Below are positions 1 to 12,139 of a DNA stretch of 64,000 bases, piece after piece (the stretch's first letter is position 1; the number at the start of each line of letters is the position of its first letter). The notes below the pieces were generated by a model. That model worked only from the letters and a program-made list of their open reading frames with translations, was not told the origin of the DNA and searched no databases. This stretch comes from Podarcis pityusensis. Taxonomy: Eukaryota. The position numbers were made by a program, and so were the translations under genes. The DNA lies in assembly GCA_964106645.2 (NCBI GenBank), contig OZ067038.1. The stretch is one strand, 5' to 3'.

Positions 1-2867
1 GTTTATGCACATGCACACTTTCTGTCTGTCTTTGGGTGTACCCAACATAGGGCTCCTAGCAGTAGCTGTTTTTTGAGAACCTGGAGCACTTTGGAAGACA
101 GGCTGTTGCTTGCTATGTGTGTATTCAAACCAATGTCATATCTGATAACCAGATGTCACAGGGTTTAGGTCTTTTGTCCTGTTTCTAAAAAATATTGACA
201 AGGAAGGAGAGGAGACTATTCTACAGGTGCTCTGCAGCTTTTATTTATTTCATTTTCTTACATTTTCATCCTGCTTTTCCACCAAACGGTGCTCAGGTTA
301 GTTAATAGCAACAGTAAAGATACAATAAAATATTGAAAGGATAGCAAAGAAGTAAAAACATTGTTGTTCTTTTACAAAGTTAAGATAACCTTTAAAAACA
401 AGGCAAATTAACATTGACTTTAACTGGTTGTTTTTACTGATTTTACCAATGACAACATATTTAGAAATCAGCTAAAAGACCTGACTATATGTTTTGAGGA
501 ACATTCTGGAAAAACGAAAAGCTCATTTTTCAGTGTTTCTGTTCAGAAATGAGACTTGGGCTCTAAATCCTAAAGGATGCTGTGGAATTAGCATTCTGGA
601 GATGAAATGAGCCCTGCTAACCACAGACGTGTACTGTGGCAGTGCTTGAAGGTAGCTGATCCAAAGGCCCCCTTTCCCCCTGACACATCCCTAAGAAATC
701 CACAAAAATCTACACCAGCCCCCAAACTGGCACAGAGATTCCTGCCCTTCCCCATACACTAATATAAATGGGAAAGAAAGACTACATATAGAAAAAACAG
801 GAAGGGGGCGGGGAGAAAGCTCTTCCCCACCACCTCCACTGTCTGTGCCCCAGCAGAGGTGGGCCACCAGGGCTTAAGAGTGGCAGCTCCTCTGCTATGG
901 ATTCTCCCCACCAGCCTCTTAGGATTGCTCAGTTTGTAGAGCTTTGTATTCACAAGCAGCTAAAGAGAGCAAGAAAAGCAAATTGTAGAGCTAGCGGTTG
1001 ATTGTAGAACCACCGCTAATGGGATGTGGCCAATGAGCAGACACAGTGGGGCAGCCATGTTGTTCTGGTCCAGTTGGGAGGGGGAAGAGACTGAAACCCT
1101 GGGAAGCCATGGTCCGTCAGCGAAGCCAACACTGAGGTAGACAGATCAATGGTCTGACTTGGTCTAAGATGGCTTCCTCAAAGATCAGAAGACCATGGAG
1201 ACATTTTCCTCTATGCTTAGGTCAGGTTTGCGCCATTCCTGATCCACCAGGTCAGATGTTGGTCATTAGATATGTGCAGCACTCCACAAAATAACTCAAT
1301 AAATCTCATGCTCAGGACTCCCAAAACAGGACTGTAGGTAAGCACCTCACAAATCAGAGTGTGTGGCTCTTAGAAATAATTCAATGTGGTGGTCTCAAGT
1401 TGTTCAACCCTCATTTAGTCTCTCAAACGTTTATATTCAGCTCAATCCCCAGCATCTGCAGCATGCCATGCCTTGCATCAGACAATGAGGTTGGACAGGC
1501 AGATTGCATTCTAAAGCAACTCTGACTGCTGATTATAAACTTGCATTCCTTCTTTCTTGGTAGTTGCATTGCCTAATTCAGTGTTGCTTTCCCCTGAAAG
1601 ATTATTTCAGTAATATTTACACCTTAATTCATTTCCCCCTCCCAACCCAGCATACGACTTTTCTCAGTTTAACACTAATTGGAGCTACCTCAGAATGCAC
1701 ATTCCACATGATTCTGTTGACAGCCGCTAGACTCCAATGTCTAGTCTGCCATATAAGGGGGGATTTAGGCCATGAACGGAGTAGAAGCCAACAAAATGAA
1801 GAATTACATAGCTTTGCATTCTTGCAAGTATTTACTTTTTAAAAATGCCTCAGTCTCCGGGACTTCATTCAAAATCTTCCAGTGTTTGTGCTTACACAAT
1901 AATAATAATAATCCACAAAGTATGTAGAAACACCTCACAATAACTTACAGTATTTATATTTATGTATTTGTTACATTTTGAAATTGCCCTTCTTCCTGTC
2001 GGAACTCAGAGCGACAAATGTGTAAAATATGTGAAATTGGAATGCGGTTGCTTTTAACACCCAAATCACAGTGGAAAGGAAAATGGGTTTCTAACATGTG
2101 CAAGGCCCACTCAGCTTAGCTTGAGTATCTTGCAAGTATCATATTTAAGCTTTTTTGATAAATGTGTATAGCTCATTTATTCAGTGAAGTCAACATGTAC
2201 TTATTACTCCACTAAGTGCTACAATTTTCCCGATCACTGCTAACACAGAGTGGTCATAGATGACTGTGCACCAACACGGTCGCCATGGCCGGGGCAGGGG
2301 CAAGTACACCAAAGATCTGTATGTCTGCAGCATCAAGCCACACCATGATATTTGCCAGATGCCTGCCACACAATTTGCTGGTTTGCTGCAGGTACATAGT
2401 AAAATCCACCACATCATTTGGGTTGGATGCTATATAGATAAACATTTCCCAATTGCTCTGTAGTTAGATTACAAGTGGTAAATTAGTAAGCTCTTGAAGT
2501 TTGCTGATTTGTGTGATGATGTTGCTGTTTTAGAATATTAGACTCTTTAGGACTAAGCTTTTTTCCTTGTTATTGTAATTTAATGGTACAGTTTTATTGT
2601 TTTGCTTGTAGGCTGCTTTGAGGGTCTTCGGTGGGGGAGCAGGAAATATATGTAGATATTGAAAATGCTATTTCAGATCCCATCGTTAGTGTGCATTGTT
2701 CTGTATTTGTTGAAAGACACACAACATTGAGCATAATAGGGAGTTTGATTTCCATGGAAGTTACGCTGTGATGACTATTGGACTGATAGACATATACATG
2801 GTTTATTATAAGAGTATAACAGTAGGCAAAGACTGAAATGCCCTGAACAATTCACAAGCCTGGCTTT

Positions 2868-2913
2868 AGCACAAAGCATAGCATAACAGCATAGCATAGC
2901 ATAGCATAGCATA
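2868..2913. repeat. (AGCAT)n microsatellite
   Basis: Imperfect pentanucleotide run. Confidence 0.9.
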
Positions 2914-3174
2914 GGTGCAAATATTTAAGACAAATTTTGGTGCCTTCCCCCAGTGCCCATGGCAGCGAGAGGCATCACAACCACTGGGAGAGCACCATTG
3001 CTGCTCCAGATGTATTAGACTTCAGCTGCCATCAGCCCTGCCAGCATGCTAAAGCTCAGGGATAATAGGTTTAATCCAGAAACATCTGAAGGGCCACAGG
3101 TTCACCCCATTCTGAACTCTTATTTGCTTGCTCCATCTTAAACCACACAAGGCAGTAGCTCAGGGTGACAAGAC

Positions 3175-3365
3175 AGGAAAATAAGAATCTGCCTTAACCC
3201 AAATCAGACTACTGCCCATCCAGCCCAGTCTACCCTGCCTGGCAAAGGTTGCAGACAGGATTTCCCACCATCAGCTCCTATCTTATTTTTGTTACTAGAG
3301 AGGCCAGGAAGTGAACCTAAGACCTGCTGCATGCAAAGTATGCACTCTTGTCTCTGATCTATGGT
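3175..3365 (-). mobile_element. Squam3-like SINE (diverged)
   Basis: Reverse complement similar to the 26425 and 48611 copies. Confidence 0.6.
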
Positions 3366-5503
3366 AGCTCTCCTACCTGCCCAATGAACATACTTGCTGT
3401 TCTGGGCTGCAGCTGTCCTACCCTGCACAACATGAGCATTCTGTAAACGTTAAACAAACAAAAAAAACCCCAAGGACAACAAACTGCAGTGCCTGGTTTA
3501 TCTATAAGCGCATAGCAAAAGATAATTTGTTTTTTAACCAGCTGAGTTCTAAAGAATACCCACCTCACAGTTAAGAAAATGACAGACCTAGCTAATATAT
3601 AATTGTTAGCAATCCTGGGCTAATATTCAGTTATTGTTTTAAGGTTGCAGTGAGACCTTCCTTTCCTATGTCACACTGATTCCTTTTCGAACTAAGAGCA
3701 ATTAGTTCGAAATTGTGCATCCATTTTACAATGCAAAAAAAATAACAAATAATAAGCATTGAATAAGGTGCATATAATTTTCCACTTTATATTTTCAGTT
3801 CACAAATATTTCCTATGTATTAATAATAAAAGTGCTTAGCTGTGGTTAGAAAAAGCTCTTGAAATTCCACTGCTTTCAACAGCAATGCTAAGCAAATATT
3901 TCTCACTGGAACAAAAAGGAACCTGAAAATTATCTCTGGATGGACCATGCCAAAACTAAAAGAAATGACTTCAGGTAATTAAGGAAAGAGCCTCAAAGTT
4001 ATCTCCACAAATGCAAGTTCCTAAACCCATATTTCCGGAGATAATGCGAAGGTAGAAGGAAGGGGTGCTTACAGATTTTTCCCTTGAAAATCTCCCCTTC
4101 CCCCACCAGCTGGTTGGGAGCCCAGCTGGGGAAGAAATTAATTTAAAGCAGCAAGGGAGGGCAATTGCAGAGGGGAAATGGTGAATGGGGAAGGATTAAG
4201 GACCCCCTCCCTCCAGGTATCTCCCTGCCCTGCATTTATCTTACAAAGGAAACACTGGGCTGGGGACTTCAAATTTCCCTTGTAACATCTATTCCTTCCC
4301 CCCCCCCCCAAAAGCCTGCATTATTTTCTGTCCTTCCTCCAAACGTTTTAGGAAGCCCAACAACTTAATTCTATCCTTTCCCTCCCCCCCCCAATAAAAC
4401 TCAGTACCTGCATGTTGTAAATTAAAAGTTTATTTCAATATATTTATTTCACAGTCCTTTTTTTCAAATTACTCATCAGTATTCACTGCAGTTATTCAAT
4501 TACGCCACACCTGCAATTTCAGGCTCTCTTTCCACACCAAGGGCCACTTAAAGCAATTCAATAGCTACCAGCTAGTGACAGCTGGCGAACCCAAACCTGC
4601 CTCCGGTAGTCTATCATATGCAATCAATTGCAAACAGAGCATCAGCAGGCTCATCTCATTATTTCCTGGATAATTCCCCCAGGGAAAACAAAAATCAGCC
4701 CTCCACTTCGAGTCAGGATGCTGTAATACCCGCCCCAACCCCTCAATTCCTTTCTCCTCTCGTTTCCATCAGTTCACTACGCTGCTTTGGCTTTTAAGCT
4801 TGATATCCGTTATGTTATGTCAGCTGTTACATTACGCTTAAGACAATAGACTCCAGCTGGCTGAGGTCAGATGTAAAAACAAGGACCTAACAAAGCCATG
4901 GGCCCTCCAGTTATATTGAAATTGAGATACATACTGAATGTAGCACTTAATGACAAACTACTTCCCAGACTTTTGGACAAGACATAAAGGAAACACCTGT
5001 CACTGCAAGTGTAACATGCTAATCCTGATAAGTTTAAAAATCCTTCTCAGTGCTCAATTCTGCTGTATGCCAGGGTTTAACAGGCTTAAGTTTCCTCTCC
5101 CCATCTCAAGAACAGAAAATTTTTCCTCTCCTCTGCTTATTATATATAGTAGGATTGTAAGTCTAAAATCATTTCTGCATAGCAAAACTGCTCTCATCCA
5201 GATGCTCTGCGCGAAGTGAGATTTACTGTTCTAAACCTGTAACTACAATCGGTCGTAAAGTTCATCTAGTATTTTACGTCTGACGGTATTTCAAGAAAAA
5301 GCCAATGTATGTGGATTTCAGAGTTCTAATTTTTTAAAAGGCTTTACAACAATTCCCTAAAACTGTGTTTTCCTTCCAGGCTGTGTTTTCTCTTAACTCA
5401 CATAGTAGCCATGGATTAACAAGACTCCATTAAACGGTGAGTGTGTGAGAGGAAAGAAATCTATAATCAGCTGATGCCACATGGAAATATATGTTCATTG
5501 TTA

Positions 5504-6827
5504 CAGTGGTGCCCCGCAAGACGAATGCCTCGCAAGACGGAAAACCCGCAAGACGAAAGGGTTTTCTGTTTTGGAGGCGCTTCGCAAGACGAATTTCCCT
5601 ATGGGCTTGCATCGCAAGACGAAAGCCCATAGGGAAATGCTGGCGGTCGGGAGCAAAGACTTTCGCCCACAGCCGGCCTTCAGAAGAGGACCTCTTCTGA
5701 AGGCCGGCGGGGGGCAAAAGTCTTTGCTCCCCCCCGCCTGCCTTCCCCCCCGCCTGCCCCGGGCGATCTTAAAATGCTGGCGGGCGGGAGCGAAGCGTTC
5801 GCTGCCGACCCCCAGCATTTTAAAATCTCCCCGGGACAGCAGAGAAGTCTCTGCTGTCCCGGGGAGATTTTAAAATGCTGGGGGTCGGGAGCGAAGCGTT
5901 CACTGCCGACCCCCAGCATTTTAAAATCTCCCCGGGACAGCAAAGAAGTCTCTGCTGTCCCGGGGAGATTTTAAAATGCTGGGGGTCGGGAGCGAAGCGT
6001 TCACTGCCGACCCCCAGCATTTTAAAATCTCCCCCTGTCCCGGGGAGATTTTAAAATGCTGGGGGTCGGGAGCGTTCGCTGCCGACCCCCAGCATTTTAA
6101 AATCTCCCCCTGTCCTGGGGAGATTTTAAAATGCTGGGGGTCGGGAGCGAAGCGTTCACTGCCGACCCCCAGCATTTTAAAATCTCCCCGGGACAGCAGA
6201 GAAGTCTCTGCTGTCCCGGGGAGATTTTAAAATGCTGGGGGTCGGGAGCGAAGCGTTCACTGCCGACCCCCAGCATTTAAAAATCTCCCCGGGACAGCAG
6301 AGAAGTCTCTGCTGTCCCGGGGAGATTTTTAAATGCTGGGGGTCGGCAGTGAACGCTTCGCTCCCGACCCCCAGCATTTTAAAACGCTGTTCCGAAGCGG
6401 GGCGGGGGGGCCGGAACACCTTCTGAAGGCGGGCGGGGGGCGAAAGTCTTTGTCCCCCCTGCCTGCCTTCCCAGGGGCTTTTAAATCGCCCCGGACAGCG
6501 GAGAAGTCCTCCGCTGTCCGGGGCGATTTTAAAATGCCGCCCGCCAGCATTTTAAGATCGCCCGGACAGCGGAGAAGTCCTCCGCTGTCCTGGGGTTTTT
6601 TAAAATGCTGGGGGTGGGAAGAAAAGCCCTTGTCCCCCCCCCCCCCAGCCTTCAGAAGAGGTCCGGGGACAGACTGTCCCCGGACCTGGTCTGAAGGCGG
6701 TTTCCCTAGGAACGCATTGATTGATTTTCAATGCATTCCTATGGGAAACCGTGCATCGCAAGACGAAAAACTCGCAAGACGAAGAGACTTGCGGAACGAA
6801 TTAATTTCGTCTTGCGAGGCACCACTG
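5504..6827. mobile_element. Non-autonomous Tc1/mariner (pogo/Tigger-like) element with internal hairpin array
   Basis: 22-bp TIRs CAGTGGTGCC(C/T)CGCAAGACGAA with 1 mismatch, TA on both sides (5502-5503, 6828-6829), repeated subterminal CGCAAGACG motif, no transposase ORF. Confidence 0.9.
5806..6384. repeat. Palindromic tandem array (~101-bp period, 6 hairpin units) inside the MITE
   Basis: Module CCGACCCCCAGCATTTTAAAATCTCCCC alternates in orientation. It is separated by spacer 1 (GGGACAGCAGAGAAGTCTCTGCTGTCCC, itself palindromic) and spacer 2 (GAGCGAAGCGTTCACTG). Confidence 0.95.
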
Positions 6828-6943
6828 TACTTCCACGGCAAAGCTCTCTCTTAAAAGCTCTGAGTTCTTAAAAATCAGACTTTAATTCCCTGTAAAGAGC
6901 TCTGATATATCTTCCAGAATGCGCAATTGATATACCAAAGATG

Positions 6944-6986
<43 letters not shown>
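6944..6986. repeat. (AAT)n microsatellite
   Basis: About 14 perfect units. Confidence 0.95.
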
Positions 6987-6988
<2 letters not shown>

Positions 6989-9315
6989 TATTTATTCATT
7001 TATGAATCGTTTCACATATAATATATTGGAAGCAATTTGACAGTTTAAAAAAATAACACACACAAACCTCCCAAAAATGTTACACAATTTCATATATAAA
7101 GACAATTATAACTTCTTCTTTTTTTAAAAAAGCCCCAACTTGGCATTTAAAAACAACTTCAAACCCAACACAGATAGAGTGGGATAAAGAGGTCGACTTT
7201 AAAAGGTTTCTTGAAACTAGAAAAGAGTTTTCAACAAGCAGCAATGGAAAAAGCTGTTCTTGCAAACTAGCACCTCAATAGGTACCATTTAAGATGTACC
7301 CAGTTTCAACTCCGTTATCCTCCCTCCTCAAAACCAACAACTGTTCTTCCAGCTGAAAACTGGCCATGTTCCCCACCCCCATCCCAGCAGCAGATAACCT
7401 CCTCCACCCATTCAGCCTCCATCCTCTAAACTGAGCTTGCCAACAATGGTTTTTGTAACGCAGATGCTCCACTTCAGTCATTATACTGAGATCACTATGT
7501 CATATCACGTTGGCCATGAGAAGCAGCCTGCCGATGGCAAGAACAATTTACCCCTATTGGTCTGTGCTGGATTGCAATCTGTCACATCCAAAAGTTCTGG
7601 CCAGAGCCCTTCCTTACAGGGTCAGGACCACGTGAATTAAGGGTGTCTCTTCACTGAATTCACATTTTCTGTTTTTCTTCTTCAACAAGAACATGAAAGG
7701 CCAGGTAATAAACAAGTAACAAGTGTAACATAGTTTGCTACTTGTTTATTTATTTATTTACTCGTTTTATTCCATTTTAATCCTGCACCCTGATTTCATG
7801 GAGCTCAGGACAACATACACGGATCTTCCTCACCTCCAGTTTGATCCTAATAGTAACCCTTTGAGGTAGGCTACGCTAACAGAGGTGCGCAGTAAAGGTA
7901 TGAACCTGAATTTGATCCTCAGCTGACACTCTAACCACTGTACCACGATGACCCCTCTTAATGTATGACTGCTTTTTCATGGGGACGGCTTTCATTGCAT
8001 TGCAGTGCACTGCCTAACAATACAAGGCTTATTTTTCCCACTGAAAAGCTTAGAGCAGAATTACAGTTATGAGGCAAAGGATGAAAGGACACTGCAGGAG
8101 ACATATAAACACTCTGAATATTATTTTTCTAGAGGTACAAATCTTGTCTCCCTATACCTGATCTCCCCCTGCCCCGCAGCTTTACCAGGGCACTATAAAA
8201 TTCATGAACTCAGTTACATACGCTGTGGGGGATTATACAAGAATTATATTCATTAACAATTAGCTCTGATCCTTATTCCCCCCCCCCACACACACACAGT
8301 TCTTTGTTTACTTTAAAATATATATCTCACGTACTATTTGAACAAAAATATTTTTCATGATTACATGATGGCAGAATTAACCGTTTAACCATTAATGCAC
8401 CCTCAGTTGCAGTTGCCTCACAAGACGGCTTAACACTGCCCCCTGTAGATTTTGCAAAGGAAATCTTTCCCTTCTGTGCCAATTCATAGTTGAAAGATAG
8501 CAGCGATGTTCTTCCCTTCAATATTCTGGCCTCATTTTACACTCTCTTTCCAGAGCAGTATGGCCTGAGACCTTTTTTGTATTTGCCCAGGTACCATGCT
8601 TGCAGTATTATCTCCCTTTTAAAAGCAGGCATGCAATAGTGAGGCCTCCACCCACATTTTAAGCTAAACTAGGGGTGGTAATAATACACACGGTTGCAGT
8701 TCACTGTCCATGTGCCACTTGCGTATTTTGTGTTCAGGTGTTCACATTAAAATACAAAAAGGCCCGTAGAAACTGGCCTTAGCGTATTTGGATTAGGCTC
8801 TTGAGGCAAAATAATTTCAGACCTTGCATTCACCCTCATTGTTTCTCACACTGGAGAGAAGAGGGCTACAGCTGGGACAGCAATATTCTTAGATACCCAT
8901 TTAAAATCTCTAGAAGTGGTGTGTATATTATGCGCGTTCTCATCCTCCTCTCATGCAACCCATTAAAACCACAGTTTTTGCTGGCCAGTGTTTGAAAATA
9001 GGTGCAAATGTTATACAATATGCAACTCTGTTTCAGAACAACAATAACAATAAAAAACCCAAGTGAACTATTTATCCGTTTTTCAAGTTTCATCATCCTT
9101 GGGTGTATCTTGGAGACAGCAGTACAACTTCTTAGAGCGAAGAAGAAAAATTACACGACAGAGTCCTTTCTGGACAGTGTCATTTGAGACTGTAGGTCTG
9201 GTGAGATGGAGGGGAGGATTACATTTTTTAAAAATCATGAAAAACAAACCTTGCTTGTAGAAAACTAGTACATCAGGGTGGGGTAGGAGTGTTCTAACCT
9301 ACATTCGCCCTTATA

Positions 9316-9557
9316 CAGTGGTACCTCGGGTAACATACACTTCAGGTTACATACACTTCAGGTTACAGACTCCGCTAACCCGGAAACAGTGCTTCAGGTT
9401 AAGAACTTTGCTTCAGGATGAGAACAGAAATCGTGCTCTGGCGGCGCAGCGGCAGTGGGAGGCCCCATTAGCTAAAGTGGTGCTTCAGTTTAAGAACAGT
9501 TTCAGGTTAAGTACAGACCTCGGGAACAAATTAAGTACTTAACCCGAGGTACCACTG
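9316..9557 (+). mobile_element. Tigger-like MITE, family A
   Basis: TIR CAGTGGTACCTCGGGT.../...ACCCGAGGTACCACTG, flanking TA, multiple copies in the window. Confidence 0.9.
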
Positions 9558-10231
9558 TATACTAGTTTACTAGTTGAAGGGAGGCTTTTTTTTCATGAGT
9601 GAGCATTCAAGATTGTGACATACACCTGAAATCTAAAGTACTACAATTCCAGAAGAACTCTATCTCATGATTTTTCTACATGCACAGAGTAGCCCTTGGT
9701 GGATAATGCCAATATTAGGAGTCAAATGCCCCTTTTTCAGGTTCCTGAAAACGAAACACCTTCATTCAGGCCTTCAAATAAGCACATTTATTTACAAATA
9801 CAATTTACAATGCAATCCTAAAAATGCCTACCCATTGAGTTCAACAGCACCAGCTGCCAGGAAAATGGGCATAAGATTGCAGCTTTAGTCAACCAACAAG
9901 TTAATTAACAGACAGCTAATTGATTAAGACATCATATGTAAGCTATAGAAATGTCACAGTAAATATCAGCACACTTGGCAGCAGAGAAAGAAGCTCACTG
10001 CTATTACTTAGGCATTTTGCCAAGATGGGATGGAGAAAGCATTCGCCACCTGTTGGTTACCTGTAGGATGCTCTGGATCTGTGGGAAGTTTAGGACCTAC
10101 TTACTGATTTAGAAAGCGATCAGTCTGACACCTATGGGCTACCATCCAGCAACTAGTCCAGCTCACTTCAGACATTACATTGCCAAATTCCTACACTGAA
10201 AGCATTTCTATGTAAGAATTAATGGAACACT

Positions 10232-10475
10232 TTTGGCCTTCTCGGTAGTGGTGCCTGCCCTGTGGAATGTCCTCCCAGCAGATGTCAAGGCAATAAACAA
10301 CTATTTTACTTTTAAAAGACAACTGAAGGCGGCCCTGTTTAGGGAAGTTTTTAATGTCTGATACTGTATTGTTTTTAATATTCGATTGGAAGCCGCCCAG
10401 AGTGGCTGGGGAAACCCAGCCAGATGGGCGGGGTATACATAAATTATTATTATTAATATTATTATTATTATTAAT
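10232..10475 (+). mobile_element. L2-clade LINE 3' end
   Basis: FSVV.P.LWN.LP... followed by GCCGCCCAGAGTGGCTGGGGAAACCCAGCCAGATGGGCGGGGTATA and a (TTA)n tail; second copy at the end of the window. Confidence 0.8.
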
Positions 10476-10568
10476 CATAAGACGTTGCAATCTTAAGTGT
10501 ATGCACACCAAATACCCATGACTAATCCATGCGTCCTATGATACAATTTACACACAGGTTGCTTGGTA

Positions 10569-10570
<2 letters not shown>

Positions 10571-10599
<29 letters not shown>
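10571..10599. repeat. (GT)n microsatellite
   Basis: Read directly. Confidence 0.95.
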
Positions 10600-10602
<3 letters not shown>

Positions 10603-11887
10603 CATGTGCAGCCGTTCTTAAATCCAGATGAAAACCCCATTGATCTGAAAATGCAGGCTTTGCTGACCACAAAAGGATGAATGTTAGCTATAAGTTGCAA
10701 ACCTCAATTCATGTTTTTTTTTAAATGAAATGAAATGTAGATGAATGACAAAGTTTATAATATTGGATAAGTTGTTTCACTCTCTAGTTGTTTCACTCTG
10801 TAGTAAAGGGCGGTGGCAGCTGTTCACATATAATGAAAATTATCTTTTTTTAAAAAAAAGCCCAGTGATTCAATTAACCACCCTCCCTACCTTACTTCTT
10901 ATCCTGAACAGCGAGGTGTTTGTGTGAGAAAGAACTTTTTAGGCTTCCTTTGACATTGACTCTGCCCTAGTTTCTCTTTGATACAACTTTGAAAACAAAC
11001 ATCTCTGCCAAAAACATTAATAGTAAAAACAATGGAAAGTAAACATTGAAGGGCTTATACACTTTTAAGCCAATATGAAAAATGATCCAATATTAGCAAG
11101 AGTTAAATCCTGAAGGGAAGAAAAGTAATCTAGCACATGTGATGTTGCATTTTCTCTACAAATATGTAGCCTTGTAATTCTGGGACCAAAACTGACAACA
11201 AAATGAGATTCGTGAGAGAAAATAGCTTTTTCAGGCACACTGTATATCCCTCTGTTCAGAAGAATATTTAATCCACTTGGATCATGTGCTTGGGTTTTCT
11301 TAGATCATGCTGAGATAACAACATTCTGCTGTGTCTTGGCAGCATAAAACCTCTTGCTTATGAAAAGAAAAGAAAAATATAGTCTCGCAGGGAGAATACG
11401 TGTTTGAATTTACTTTTTCTATAGTTTAAATATTGAACTCTCAAAAACAATTTTTACACAAATATGCCTCATTCTCTTTATGAGTCATGGCCAAAACTCT
11501 CTTACACCAATATTTTAAATGTGCCAAGTGTACATATACCCTGGCCTACAACATGATGATCCAGTCACAGGCCTGGATCCAACTTTAGCGGGTGTTGAAA
11601 AACTGCCAGCACAAAACAGAAAGGCAAAACCCTAGCAGCACTGCCACCTAATGGCAGAAAATTAATCCTACAGCTAAAATCATTCAAAAATAAAATTGCT
11701 TAACTGTGTATTATGCTCTGAAAGTCATTCCAACTGGCCATTACAATAACTATGTAACCAGGAACAATGCCCAAGCTTGCTTTTTTCCTCCTTCCATTTT
11801 CCTTTTGTGTTGTGCCTTTTAGCTTTAGATTTCAAATCCCTCCTCAAGAGCCAACTTTTCTATGAAGCATTTCACAAAAGCCCTTTA

Positions 11888-12139
11888 CAGTGGTACCTTA
11901 GTTTACGAACTTAATCCATTCTGGAAGTCCATTCTTAAACCAAAGCATTCTTAAACCAAGGCATGCTTTTCCATAGCAGCGGGGGACTCAATTTACAAAT
12001 GGAACACACTCAACAGGAAGCGAAACATGTTCTGCTTCCAAGGCAAAGTTCACAAACCAAAACACCCAGTTCCTGGTTTTCAGCGTTCTTAATCCAAGTT
12101 GTTCATAAACTAAGCTGTTCTTAAACCAAGGTACCACTG
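11888..12139 (-). mobile_element. Tigger-like MITE, family B
   Basis: TIR CAGTGGTACCTT(A/G)GTTTA, TA TSD, repeated TTCTTAAACCAA motif; interior differs from family A. Confidence 0.85.

Noticed and set aside
4415-4490. Minus-strand CTGATGA-GTAATTT-GAAA resembling a minimal hammerhead core
   Set aside because: Stem II is essentially absent, and I could not build proper stems I and III with a correctly placed cleavage triplet.
5430-6854. Cluster of overlapping repetitive ORFs (PQHFKISPG..., up to 173 aa) and a superficially CRISPR-like repeat-spacer look
   Set aside because: The ORFs are by-products of a GC-rich palindromic array read on both strands. Spacers are repeated rather than unique, there are no cas genes, and the context is a vertebrate intron.
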